From positions 169,368 through 214,786 of the forward strand of contig NVRX02000006.1 in assembly GCA_002400985.2 (NCBI GenBank): a stretch of 45,419 bases of DNA. The letters are read 5' to 3'. The stretch comes from Candidatus Wolfebacteria bacterium (lineage in GTDB: Bacteria > Patescibacteriota > Minisyncoccia > Phycocordibacterales > Phycocordibacteraceae). The position numbers were made by a program, and so were the translations under genes. Shown piece by piece: positions 25,958-35,631 of the stretch (position 1 is its first letter; the number at the start of each line of letters is the position of its first letter). The notes under the pieces were generated by a model. That model saw only the letters and a program-made list of their open reading frames with translations, did no database searches and was not told where the DNA came from.

Positions 25958-26681
25958 CTTTCAAATAAAAACAGAATCCTTTGAAGGTCCGTTTGACCTT
26001 CTTGTATCTCTTATTGAAAAGAGGAAACTTCATGTAAGTGATGTGTCACTTGCACAAGTTGCAGATGACTACATCCAATACGTACACAAACAAACACATT
26101 TTCCTGTAGAGGAAACTGCACAGTTTATCCTTATTGCAGCCACACTGCTTCTTATAAAATCAAAAAATCTTCTTCCAGTACTAGATCTCAGCACAGAAGA
26201 AGAGGGAGATGTCGTAGAGCTTGAAAACAGATTGAGGTTGTATAAGAAATATAGACGTATTGCACTCCTATTGTGGCCACATTGGGGTAAGAATAAACTA
26301 TATGAACGGTCTTTTGTTCCGGCAAAAGAACCAATGTTTGTGCCAGATGACAATATTACCTCTGAAGTACTCGAAGGCTCTTTACATATATTCTTAAAAA
26401 AAGCACGAAAACAATTTATAGCCCTCCCCAAAGCAAAGGTGAAAGAGGTTATATCTATTGAAGATATGATGGAAAGTCTTTCAAAGAGAATTCAGTCTTC
26501 TCTCTCTATGTCTTTCAAAGATTTCTCTAGAATAGGAAAAGCAGAGAAGATAGAGGTTGTTGTGTCATTCCTTGCAATGCTTGAGTTGGTAAAGAGGGGG
26601 GCGCTGAGTGTAGTACAACAAGGAACATTTCAAGATATTGAGCTCTCTACAACATCTGTTTCTTCTCCGAAGTATAACTAG
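25944..26681 (+). CDS. scpA: Segregation/condensation protein A (kleisin)
   Basis: FEGPFDLLVSLI, AATLLLIKSKNLLP, VVSFLAMLEL. Confidence 0.95.
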   Translation: MTANNFQIKTESFEGPFDLLVSLIEKRKLHVSDVSLAQVADDYIQYVHKQTHFPVEETAQFILIAATLLLIKSKNLLPVLDLSTEEEGDVVELENRLRLYKKYRRIALLLWPHWGKNKLYERSFVPAKEPMFVPDDNITSEVLEGSLHIFLKKARKQFIALPKAKVKEVISIEDMMESLSKRIQSSLSMSFKDFSRIGKAEKIEVVVSFLAMLELVKRGALSVVQQGTFQDIELSTTSVSSPKYN

Positions 26682-26682
26682 A

Positions 26683-26718
26683 ACATCCGCAAAGCAAGTG
26701 CTTTGCGGATGTAGTTTT
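26683..26718. terminator. Terminator hairpin between scpA and convergent ORFan
   Basis: acatccgcaaagca-ag-tgctttgcggatgt. Confidence 0.75.
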
Positions 26719-26971
26719 AAGAGAATGAATGTGCATATATTGCAAAAAATGTGCATATGCTCGCTGCTATTAAGCCAAATCTAAGACACCAAGACCAAAA
26801 AATGTGTTTCTTTCGAGCACCTTCTTGATCAAAAGTAAGTACTTTATAATCTTTCTGATGTGGATTATTTTGTTCTATGTTTTCCCGTTTCCAACAAGAA
26901 ATCGCAGCCCACAAACCAAAAACAGCAGTACACCCAAAAAATAACTTCGGATAGTTTATAAAACCTTCCAT
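26717..26971 (-). CDS. Small two-TM hypothetical protein
   Basis: AAGGAGG SD; two hydrophobic segments. Confidence 0.65.
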   Translation of the reverse strand: MEGFINYPKLFFGCTAVFGLWAAISCWKRENIEQNNPHQKDYKVLTFDQEGARKKHIFWSWCLRFGLIAASICTFFAIYAHSFS

Positions 26972-27063
26972 GTAATCCTCCTTTATTACTGAGACGAAAT
27001 GTCCCTCTAAATAAAAGAATACAACACCAAATAGACTATTCCAAGAATGCTATACTCACACCA

Positions 27064-27615
27064 ATGGAAACAAGCATTCAGATTGAAGCAGTGCTTTTCG
27101 CACAAGGAGAGCAGGTTGCAATAAAAGATCTTGCAAAACTTTTTGAAATACCTGAGGCAGAAGTGAAGAGAAACCTCACTATTCTTGCAGAAGAGCTCTC
27201 ATCTCGTGGTATTACACTTCTTCGTACTGATACACATGCAGAGCTCCGAACAGCATCGGAAGCAAGCGAGATATTGAAGAAAATGCAAAAGGAGGAACTC
27301 TCTGGAACTATTGGAAAGGCAGGAATAGAGACTCTATCCATACTATTTTATAAAGGGCCATCTACACGAGCAGACATTGAATACATTCGAGGGGTAAATG
27401 CAGGAGCAGCACTTAGGACACTCCTTATGCGTGGACTAGTGTCTCGTATAACAAACCCAAAGGACTCACGAAGTTATTTATATAAACCATCAACAGAAGC
27501 ATTGGCACACCTTGGCGTTGGATCTCGAGAAGAATTACCAAACTATGCCGAACTATCAAAAGAACTAGCAGCACTAGAAGAAACACTGAAAGAGAAAGAT
27601 GAGGAAGATACATAA
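27064..27615 (+). CDS. scpB: Segregation/condensation protein B
   Basis: IEAVLF, ETLSILFYKGP.TRADIEYIRGVN, L..LG....ELP. Confidence 0.95.
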   Translation: METSIQIEAVLFAQGEQVAIKDLAKLFEIPEAEVKRNLTILAEELSSRGITLLRTDTHAELRTASEASEILKKMQKEELSGTIGKAGIETLSILFYKGPSTRADIEYIRGVNAGAALRTLLMRGLVSRITNPKDSRSYLYKPSTEALAHLGVGSREELPNYAELSKELAALEETLKEKDEEDT

Positions 27616-27624
27616 TATAAAAAC

Positions 27625-27648
27625 AGGATGCGTATAAATACGCATCCT
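27625..27648. terminator. Hairpin between scpB and convergent ORFan
   Basis: aggatgcgtat-aa-atacgcatcct. Confidence 0.7.
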
Positions 27649-27654
27649 TGAGTT

Positions 27655-27897
27655 TTAAAAATGAAGTGAAATTATGGCAGCTGCTACTGCTGTAACAAGT
27701 ATTGTAAAGGATGCCAAGAAAATAATAAGTAGAAATAAAAATTTCCTATCTACCTGCTCGTCATCCATAACTACCCGTAACCAAGTATGTTTATGCAAAT
27801 TCTTTTTAACAATATATTCAGCGCCAAGAAAAGAAGTTGTGGCGATGATATATAAAAACAAGAAAACGCCTGCCATGAGAAACTGTTGAGCTTCCAT
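27655..27897 (-). CDS. Small two-TM hypothetical protein
   Basis: GGAG SD before ATG 27897; TTGACG-17-TACGGT promoter; two hydrophobic segments. Confidence 0.65.
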   Translation of the reverse strand: MEAQQFLMAGVFLFLYIIATTSFLGAEYIVKKNLHKHTWLRVVMDDEQVDRKFLFLLIIFLASFTILVTAVAAAIISLHF

Positions 27898-28018
27898 GTG
27901 TATCTCCATTTCCGAAAAGCGTCGGTGTTCGCTGAGGCAAAGTACCTCGTCTACATACAACCGTACAGTTCTGTTTACTAAACGTCAATAATCTGAGGTA
28001 TTTGCTATACTCATAGCA

Positions 28019-28942
28019 ATGAATGAGAGTACTCAACAAGGACAAAAGATTTTTACCATTGGAGGAATCCTACTTCTCCTTATTGCGTTACTCATTGGCA
28101 TCTCATACCTTGCTCCATCGAAGGCTATTGAAGTAGCCGCTGATCTTGAAATTTCTCTACCAAACCCATATGACGACATAACACTCTCTGCACAAGCAGC
28201 ACTTGTATATGACCTCAACACACAAGAGATACTATTTGGAATAGAAGAAGAGACACAACTTCCACTTGCATCTCTAACAAAACTCCTGAGTACATACCTT
28301 GCAACAAAAGAACTTGGAGAAAATAGGTACATACGCATAACATCTGAAGACCTTCGTACAGAAGGAGACAGTGGACTCTTTGTATCTGAAGTATGGAAAG
28401 TGGGGGACCTGGCTCGGTATACACTCATCTCCTCATCAAATGATGGAGCACATGCACTTACTCGTGCATTGAGTACACAATCAGGGAAAACTCCTGCACT
28501 CTTTCTCTCTCAAGCTGCAGCGGCACTTGCACTCCCTCAAACATTTGCGCTTAACGGAAGTGGGCTTGATACCAGCACACAAATGTCTGGAGCATATGGA
28601 TCTGCGTATGACATAGCAGTACTCCTTGGTGTGATATATAAAGAAAACAGAGATCTGTTGCTTGATAGCTCAAGTGCAACAGCAGTATTTACATCAGCAG
28701 ATGGCTTTACACATGAAGCTAAAAGTACAAACAGTCTTGCAGATACTCTTCCTCTACTTGTAGGGGCAAAGACGGGATACACAGACCTTGCAGGAGGAAA
28801 CTTAGCGGTACTTGTTGAAGTTGCTCCCGGGAGGCCAATTGCTATTGTTGTATTGAGTTCAACACGAGAGGGAAGGTTTACTGATGTAGAGACACTTGTA
28901 GAGAAAACTCTTCAACACTTTACCTATAACCCAGTATTCTAA
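28019..28942 (+). CDS. D-alanyl-D-alanine carboxypeptidase (peptidase S11)
   Basis: ASLTK (SxxK), SSN (SxN), KTG; N-terminal TM. Confidence 0.92.
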   Translation: MNESTQQGQKIFTIGGILLLLIALLIGISYLAPSKAIEVAADLEISLPNPYDDITLSAQAALVYDLNTQEILFGIEEETQLPLASLTKLLSTYLATKELGENRYIRITSEDLRTEGDSGLFVSEVWKVGDLARYTLISSSNDGAHALTRALSTQSGKTPALFLSQAAAALALPQTFALNGSGLDTSTQMSGAYGSAYDIAVLLGVIYKENRDLLLDSSSATAVFTSADGFTHEAKSTNSLADTLPLLVGAKTGYTDLAGGNLAVLVEVAPGRPIAIVVLSSTREGRFTDVETLVEKTLQHFTYNPVF

Positions 28943-28960
28943 CTGGTATAGTATATCCAC

Positions 28961-30025
28961 ATGATTGAATCTGAAATTCTAAAAGTATTTGTCCCTGCTA
29001 TCGTTGCTTTTCTCGTAGGTATTGGAGGAGCTCCTGTACTTACTCATTTTTTATACAAACATAAAGCATGGAAAAAGGTTGGTGGAAGAGGTGTTGGTAT
29101 GGGTGGGGGAGCGACACCAATATTTGATTCATTACACGGAGAAGATGAGACAAAAGTGCCTCGTATGGGAGGAATACTCATTTGGGGATCAGTAGCCATT
29201 ACACTTTTTGGTATTTTTATATTTGCACAACTTGCACCCAATACTATTGCAACAGAACTTGATTTTCTTTCTCGAAGCCAAACATGGATACCTGCAGCAC
29301 TCTTCTTTCTAGGAGCGTTTGTTGGTTTAATTAATGATCTCATTGAAGTTGTGCAAGGAAAGGCTGGTCTTAAACTTCCTGCGCGCCTTCTTATTGTTGG
29401 GTCTGCTGCGGCACTTGCTGCTGTATGGTTTTACACAAAACTTGAAGTTACCTCTATTGGGATTCCTTTTGCGGAACCGCTTGAGCTTGGTATATGGATT
29501 ATTCCATTCTTTATCCTTGGAACACTAGTTATTTATGCCAGTGGAGTTATTGATGGAATAGATGGACTCTCAGGTGGAGTGTTCTCTATTATATTTGGGG
29601 CATATGCAGCGTTAGCATTTTTCCAAGGACAATTTGATATTGCCGCTTTCTCCGCAACAATTGCAGGAGCAACACTTGCATTCCTTTGGTTCAATGTGCC
29701 TCCTGCACGTTTTTATATGACAGAGACAGGAACCATGGCACTCACGCTCGCTCTCGCTACCATTGCCATAATGACAGACACCCTTGGAGACGGTATTGGT
29801 ATTGCAGTACTTCCAATCATTGCACTCCCTCTTATTGGTACAGTTATTACAAATGTGATTCAAGTGTTCTCAAAAAAGGTATTTAAGAAAAAAGTATTTA
29901 AGGTTGCACCTATACATCATCACTTTGAAGCAATAGGGTGGCCATCTCATAAAGTTACAATGCGATATTGGATCATTACCCTTATGTTTGCAATTATTGG
30001 CGTAACGATAGCGATCATTGCCTAA
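28961..30025 (+). CDS. mraY: Phospho-N-acetylmuramoyl-pentapeptide transferase
   Basis: VPRMGG, DGIDGL, FLWFNVPPARFYM, APIHHHFE. Confidence 0.95.
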   Translation: MIESEILKVFVPAIVAFLVGIGGAPVLTHFLYKHKAWKKVGGRGVGMGGGATPIFDSLHGEDETKVPRMGGILIWGSVAITLFGIFIFAQLAPNTIATELDFLSRSQTWIPAALFFLGAFVGLINDLIEVVQGKAGLKLPARLLIVGSAAALAAVWFYTKLEVTSIGIPFAEPLELGIWIIPFFILGTLVIYASGVIDGIDGLSGGVFSIIFGAYAALAFFQGQFDIAAFSATIAGATLAFLWFNVPPARFYMTETGTMALTLALATIAIMTDTLGDGIGIAVLPIIALPLIGTVITNVIQVFSKKVFKKKVFKVAPIHHHFEAIGWPSHKVTMRYWIITLMFAIIGVTIAIIA

Positions 30026-31124
30026 CATACTTAAAAAGGTAGATAAAACATTCCTCATTACCGTGGGGATTCTTGTTATTATCGGTTTCTTTACCTTCTC
30101 CTCTGCGAGCTTGGGACTCCTTCCTAGAGAAAGTGTCTCAGTATCAAAGCTTTTTGCTACACAGCTCATCCTAGGACTCCTCCTGGGGAGTATCGCACTA
30201 ACCATAACCCTCTTTATTCCTCATAAGTTCTATAAGCGTGTAGCATTCTATGGATACATAGCTGCAGTAGCTGCAACAACACTTGTATTTGTCCCTGGTC
30301 TTGGAATAACAGCCAATGGAGCAACGAGGTGGCTTGATCTTGGAGGATTTTCTATACAGCCTGCAGAGTTCTTAAAAATTGGATTGGTATTATATTTGGC
30401 TACATATCTATCTGCTGCAAAGTCACGTATAAAGTTTATGCGTACAGGACTTATTCCTTTTTCTATAATCCTTGGTATTCCCGTACTGATACTTCTCCTT
30501 CAGCCAGATACAGGGACTGCGCTTGTACTTATTGCAACAGCAATAGCAATGTACTTTGCAGCTGGTGCACCATGGAGAGATATAGGACTCCTTGGTCTTG
30601 GAGGTGTGTTGGGGCTTGGAGTGTTAGCTGCCTTCCGTCCATACGTACTTGAGAGGTTTATGACATTCTTGCAACCAGGGAGTGATCCACTCGGTGCCAG
30701 CTACCAAATACAACAATCTCTCATTGCTATTGGTTCTGGAGGAATCTTTGGGAGGGGAATAGGGCAGAGTGTACAAAAGTTTAGTTATCTTCCAGAGCCT
30801 GTAGGGGACTCAGTGTTTGCGGTATTTGCTGAAGAAGTTGGATTTATTGGTGCATTAATACTTCTTGCTCTCTTTGTTGCACTCTTTACCAGAGGTATGA
30901 ATATAGCAACACGAGCACCCAATCAATTCACAGCCCTTGTTGTTGTTGGAATAGTTTCTTCTATTACATTCCAGTCTATATTGAATATAGGTGCAATGCT
31001 GGGCGTATTCCCCCTAACAGGGCTTCCTTTGATTTTTGTTAGCCATGGAGGGACAGCCCTCTTGGTTGCTTTGGCTTCTGTTGGTATCATTCTTCATATA
31101 TCGGCGCATAGCAAGAAGGGGTAA
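30018..31124 (+). CDS. ftsW: SEDS-family peptidoglycan polymerase FtsW
   Basis: NGATRW, QPAEFLK, QPDTGT, GSGG.FGRG, PLTGLPLIFVSHGGT; between mraY and murG; start codon uncertain. Confidence 0.9.
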   Translation: MPNILKKVDKTFLITVGILVIIGFFTFSSASLGLLPRESVSVSKLFATQLILGLLLGSIALTITLFIPHKFYKRVAFYGYIAAVAATTLVFVPGLGITANGATRWLDLGGFSIQPAEFLKIGLVLYLATYLSAAKSRIKFMRTGLIPFSIILGIPVLILLLQPDTGTALVLIATAIAMYFAAGAPWRDIGLLGLGGVLGLGVLAAFRPYVLERFMTFLQPGSDPLGASYQIQQSLIAIGSGGIFGRGIGQSVQKFSYLPEPVGDSVFAVFAEEVGFIGALILLALFVALFTRGMNIATRAPNQFTALVVVGIVSSITFQSILNIGAMLGVFPLTGLPLIFVSHGGTALLVALASVGIILHISAHSKKG

Positions 31125-31142
31125 ACCGTCGTCACTAATAAA

Positions 31143-32006
31143 ATGACCGTAGTAATAGGACAACATTTTTTTGAAGGAGTAATAATAATAGCTGATAGTA
31201 GATCTAGCATTCAAAAAAATGGAGCTGTTGTTCCTTGGAGAGATAACACTCAAAAGATATTCTTTTTAACAAAAGATATCGTCATTAGTTTTGCAGGAGA
31301 CGTTGAATTTGCAGGAGCTATCATTTCTTTCCTTTCAGATCAAATTAATAAAAGACCTAAGTTAGGTATATTAAGTATTTTTATAACCAAAGGTCCGCGA
31401 CTTATAAAATATGCTTACAACTTACTTTCAAATAAAAAAGGTTTCCGTGATGTTGGTTTTATAATTGCTGGGATAGATCCAAAAAGACCTGCACGAGTCA
31501 ATGACTCTAACGGTAAGCAAACTGGTTATATTAATATTTATGATAAAAAAGTTCTAAAAGTTGTTTCTCCAGATTTTGAAACTCAAGAAGCAACCATTAA
31601 AAATCCTTTTGTAATTATGGGAAGTGGAGAACAAGGGATTGAAGGTTTGGAAAAAGATTTTCAAAAACTTCAATTTGGACAATTTTCTAACAACTTAGCT
31701 TTTCAGGCAGTAATAATAGAAACCTCTCTGCGTAAAAAAATAGAATCTCTAGGAATTGATACAGTAGGAGGTCTCTCTCAAATTGCAATAATTGATAGCC
31801 AAGGAGCAAGATTCCAAGGGTATCAAGGAAAGAGAGACCCTTTTGAAGATGGCGATCTGAATGTTGAAATGATCGTTGAAAATGGAAGATTTATTCAAAA
31901 GGATCTCAAAACCGGAAAGGAAATAAAACTTCTTTATCCTCCAGAAGTATTGAGTGTAAATGAGGATGGTAGTGACTTATTTGCAGAACTTGATAATCTA
32001 AAATAA
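31143..32006 (+). CDS. Proteasome-beta/Ntn-hydrolase-like protein
   Basis: N-terminal MT followed by ADSR, QKIF, FAG, MGSG, TVGG in the order typical of HslV/proteasome beta/Anbu. Confidence 0.65.
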   Translation: MTVVIGQHFFEGVIIIADSRSSIQKNGAVVPWRDNTQKIFFLTKDIVISFAGDVEFAGAIISFLSDQINKRPKLGILSIFITKGPRLIKYAYNLLSNKKGFRDVGFIIAGIDPKRPARVNDSNGKQTGYINIYDKKVLKVVSPDFETQEATIKNPFVIMGSGEQGIEGLEKDFQKLQFGQFSNNLAFQAVIIETSLRKKIESLGIDTVGGLSQIAIIDSQGARFQGYQGKRDPFEDGDLNVEMIVENGRFIQKDLKTGKEIKLLYPPEVLSVNEDGSDLFAELDNLK

Positions 32007-32008
32007 TA

Positions 32009-32671
32009 ATGGAGTCTGAAACAGTAAATTTTCAAGCTTGGAACACAGTAATTCTTGCAATAACAGCTTTGGTCATCTGGGCTTATACTTTTGAAGCTCA
32101 AAAAAGTAATGAGATACAAGAGCGTCCTTTGCTTGATTTTTATATTAAAAAAACAAGTACTGGCGCAAACACTGATCTACTTTTTTATATTAGAAATATA
32201 AGTAAACGCACAGCGTTTAATATAGAAATTGAATCAATAAGAACACATGGAAATTTTATTTACACTCCAAACATGGAAGATGAGGTGAACATGAGAGTCT
32301 CTCCACTATCAGAGGAAGAGATTAGATTTTGGATCAAAATGCCTGACAATGCCACTCAAATCTACCCTACAATTACTGGCGTTCAATCTTTAATTTCCAG
32401 ACTCTTTTGTATAGATGCTAATCTTGCGAATGAGCAACTTCGCAAGATTGGAGGTTTATTTGTAGTTAATTTCCAAGCTGCTAATGGAAAATTTTACCAT
32501 GAAGTTTTTCGATTTTACCCACCGCTAACACTTATTTTTGATAGCGACTTAATAGTTCAATTTGTAACAGGAGGTAGTGGTAAAATAACAAAAGCAGAAG
32601 CTTTAGCAGAAGCTGAAACAATGCCACTATTAAAACATGCAGCAGAACGTAACACGCAAGATTTAGTATAA
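32009..32671 (+). CDS. Hypothetical protein with single N-terminal TM
   Basis: 220-aa ORF 2 nt after the upstream stop; hydrophobic residues about 10-28. Confidence 0.7.
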   Translation: MESETVNFQAWNTVILAITALVIWAYTFEAQKSNEIQERPLLDFYIKKTSTGANTDLLFYIRNISKRTAFNIEIESIRTHGNFIYTPNMEDEVNMRVSPLSEEEIRFWIKMPDNATQIYPTITGVQSLISRLFCIDANLANEQLRKIGGLFVVNFQAANGKFYHEVFRFYPPLTLIFDSDLIVQFVTGGSGKITKAEALAEAETMPLLKHAAERNTQDLV

Positions 32672-32679
32672 TAAACAAC

Positions 32680-33825
32680 ATGAAAATCGCACTAACAGGA
32701 GGAGGATCAGGAGGGCACTTTTATCCACTTATAGCAGTAGCGGAGGAAATCCGTGCTATTGAAGATGAAAGGCACCTCGTACCACCCAAACTCTTCTATT
32801 TCGCGCCATCTCCATATAACAAACAAGCACTCTTTGAAAATGACATTGAGTTTGTGAGAATACCCGCAGGGAAGGTATATAGGTATTTCAATATAAAAAC
32901 CTTCACGGGTATCTTCGTAACACTATGGGGAACACTCATTGCGCTATGGACGCTCTTTCGTATATACCCAGACGTTATCTTCTCTAAAGGAAGCTTTGCG
33001 AGTGTGCCCGTAACACTTGCTGCACGAGTACTCCGTATCCCTTTAATAATCCATGATTCAGATGCAAAGCCAGGGAGAGCAAACCTTTTGGCAAGTAAGC
33101 AAGCATTCCGTATTGCGGTGTCATTCCCAGACACAACAAAGTACTGGCCAGAGAAAGTACACGCAAAGATTGCATACACGGGGACACCAGTGCGAAAAGC
33201 ACTCCATACTCTAGATGGGGAAGGTGCACGAGAGTATTTGAATATAAAAGACAATCTTCCTGTTGTATTGGTTGTAACAGGATCTTTGGGAAGTCAGTAT
33301 GTAAATCAGGTGGTGGTAGATGCGCTAACAACAATACTTCCTAAAGCACATGTAATACACCAAACAGGGAAGAACCTCTTTAAAGGAGTGAAGGCACGAA
33401 CAGGTGTAATACTGCATGAGAAAGAATATAAGGATAGATACCATGTACAGCCATACCTTTCAGCGAGTGCACTGCAACAAGCAGCAAGTATTGCTGATGT
33501 AATAATATCTAGATCTGGAGCAACTGCTTTATCTGAGTTTGCTCTATGGGGGAAGCCTTCAATCCTTATCCCTATACCTGAGAAGGTATCCCATGATCAG
33601 CGTACAAATGCATACGCATACGCAAAGAGTGGAGCTGCTGTTGTATTAGAGCAAGAAAATATGAGTCCAGGCATCTTGGCTTCTCAAGCACTTTCTATAA
33701 TTTCAGACAATAACAAGAAGCTGGTTATGGGCTCAGCCGCAAAACACTTTGCACGCCCTGATGCAGGGAAGGTAATAGCAGAGGAACTAGTACGTATAGG
33801 CCTTGAACACGACTCGAAGGAATAA
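32680..33825 (+). CDS. murG: UDP-GlcNAc:lipid I N-acetylglucosaminyltransferase
   Basis: TGGGSGGHFYP, PGRAN, GSLGS, SRSGA, HDQRTNA. Confidence 0.96.
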   Translation: MKIALTGGGSGGHFYPLIAVAEEIRAIEDERHLVPPKLFYFAPSPYNKQALFENDIEFVRIPAGKVYRYFNIKTFTGIFVTLWGTLIALWTLFRIYPDVIFSKGSFASVPVTLAARVLRIPLIIHDSDAKPGRANLLASKQAFRIAVSFPDTTKYWPEKVHAKIAYTGTPVRKALHTLDGEGAREYLNIKDNLPVVLVVTGSLGSQYVNQVVVDALTTILPKAHVIHQTGKNLFKGVKARTGVILHEKEYKDRYHVQPYLSASALQQAASIADVIISRSGATALSEFALWGKPSILIPIPEKVSHDQRTNAYAYAKSGAAVVLEQENMSPGILASQALSIISDNNKKLVMGSAAKHFARPDAGKVIAEELVRIGLEHDSKE

Positions 33826-33826
33826 C

Positions 33827-33859
33827 AAAAGCCCCGCACATGATATGTAGGGCTTTTTT
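33827..33859. terminator. Bidirectional terminator
   Basis: aaaagccc...gggctttttt. Confidence 0.7.
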
Positions 33860-33880
33860 GTAGATTTAATTAAAGAGTTT

Positions 33881-34165
33881 TTATGGCCAGTTATTTTCAG
33901 CCATTTCTCCAAAGTTCTCATACTTGCGGCATGAGGTCTTTTCCTTTTTGAGACCCCTAAATATAAGAACGGATCCCATAAATAGGACAGTAGAGATAAT
34001 GGCAGTGATCGTTGGGACAATCCCCCCGAACACACCTTGGTTCTCCACAGGATATAACATGTTAAGTCCTGCGAGTACTGACATAGCAAAAAATGCAAGT
34101 GCCAGAAGAAAGATAAAACAAGCTGCTCCTAACTCTAAATTAAGTTGTATTTTTTCAAGTGACAT
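33881..34165 (-). CDS. Small two-TM hypothetical protein
   Basis: AAGGAGG SD; TTGACA-17-TATATT promoter; two hydrophobic segments. Confidence 0.7.
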   Translation of the reverse strand: MSLEKIQLNLELGAACFIFLLALAFFAMSVLAGLNMLYPVENQGVFGGIVPTITAIISTVLFMGSVLIFRGLKKEKTSCRKYENFGEMAENNWP

Positions 34166-34297
34166 CGCTGCCTCCTTCAAATTTTCATGTTTCTAGTTCT
34201 AATCAAGAATATATCACACATATTGTCTTTTGTCAAAGTAGAAGTATGTGGTACTTTATAAACAGAAATTTAACACAAACAAAGTGGAGAATGTCTA

Positions 34298-34696
34298 ATG
34301 ACATACGAAAACTACGCAGTAGCAACATTAGTTTTTGGCCCAACGGATATATTTCCAATGATCATGAACTTAAAAGGCTCGTCTGTACTTTATTGGAAAT
34401 TTCCAGAAGGACGAGGCAAAGAAGGAGAAGCTCCTGAAGAAACAGCTATACGAAAAGTGAAAGAAGAAACTGGTTTAATAATTAAAGACCGCATTGCACT
34501 ACTCGCTAAGAGAACCAGAAAGACTCATGTACTTTATTTCTTTCTTGCACAAACTGAATCTTTCGACACCTTGATAGAACAGGGCGAACACGGTGAATAC
34601 GTAGAAATGTTTACTGAGGGTGGAATTCTTCGGAACAGAACCTTCTTTGGTTTACACAGAGAGTTTCTAGAGCAGATACGGGACAAATATCCGTAA
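34298..34696 (+). CDS. NUDIX-domain protein (degenerate box)
   Basis: WKFPEGRGKEGEAPEETAIRKVKEETGL; GGAG SD. Confidence 0.8.
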   Translation: MTYENYAVATLVFGPTDIFPMIMNLKGSSVLYWKFPEGRGKEGEAPEETAIRKVKEETGLIIKDRIALLAKRTRKTHVLYFFLAQTESFDTLIEQGEHGEYVEMFTEGGILRNRTFFGLHREFLEQIRDKYP

Positions 34697-34718
34697 CCCT
34701 CTATATAAAATCAAAACA

Positions 34719-34747
34719 TCGGGTACGCAATTGCGTGCCCGGTTTTT
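34719..34747. terminator. Terminator between convergent genes
   Basis: cgggtacgc-aatt-gcgtgcccg followed by T run. Confidence 0.7.
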
Positions 34748-35000
34748 ATTTATTTATCATCTTCTTAAGATCCTCAACCATCTTGCGCATTTCCCGTTCA
34801 GTATTAGAACGCTCTGTTGTAAGTGTTAGAAGACCTCTCTCAATTGCATCGTATTCAGCTTCTAGTTTTCTAACAGTGTCCTTTGCTTTTGTAACCTCTC
34901 TTTCTTTTGAAGTTTTCTTGAGCTCCATTTGCTGCATTTCTCTTCCTTTTTTATCAAAGTCTCTTTTTAGAGTCTCCATCGCTTGTTTTGATACATTCAT
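34746..35000 (-). CDS. Small coiled-coil hypothetical protein
   Basis: 84 aa, K/E/R-rich, heptad-like. Confidence 0.65.
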   Translation of the reverse strand: MNVSKQAMETLKRDFDKKGREMQQMELKKTSKEREVTKAKDTVRKLEAEYDAIERGLLTLTTERSNTEREMRKMVEDLKKMINK

Positions 35001-35091
35001 ATTTTAATGCCTATCTATAATGTATCTAGTATAACGCCAAAATGATAAAACAGTTTTACATACAACCCCTGTACCTGTTATTATTTAATCC

Positions 35092-35631
35092 ATGAAAAAA
35101 CTTCTCATACTTATAGTACTTGTACTCATTGCAGGATTTGGATACTACGCAATCTCTCCACTCTTTGATGTACAGGAGGTAGACGATGCACTCCCAGAGG
35201 TGGCAAGTGGTGTTGAAAAACTAACACCAGTACAGAAAGAAGAAATGGACGCACTTATAGTAGAGGCAAACAAAGAACCTATTGTAGAAATGGAAGAGGT
35301 AATGCCTGAAATGATTAGTGTTTCAAAAGCTTTTCCTGTTATGGGGACGTTTGGGCACCCTGCAAGTGGAAGCGTAAGAGTTATAAAAAGTTCAGGGGAG
35401 ACTATTCTTCGTTTTGAAGACTTTGAAACAATCAACGGGCCAAACCTTCACTTGTATCTAAGCAAAGATCTTGAAGCGGAAGATTTTATTGATCTAGGAG
35501 CTATACGTGGTACAAAAGGAAATATTAACTATACTGTTCCTGAGGGAGTAGACCTTTCTGAATACAGATATGTGATGTACTGGTGTGTGCCATTCTCTGT
35601 ACTCTTTAACTACGCAGAAATATATGAATAA
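35092..35631 (+). CDS. DM13 domain-containing membrane-anchored protein
   Basis: GHPASG.V, NGPNLHLYLS, DLG.IRGTKGN.NY, WCVPFSVLF. Confidence 0.85.
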   Translation: MKKLLILIVLVLIAGFGYYAISPLFDVQEVDDALPEVASGVEKLTPVQKEEMDALIVEANKEPIVEMEEVMPEMISVSKAFPVMGTFGHPASGSVRVIKSSGETILRFEDFETINGPNLHLYLSKDLEAEDFIDLGAIRGTKGNINYTVPEGVDLSEYRYVMYWCVPFSVLFNYAEIYE

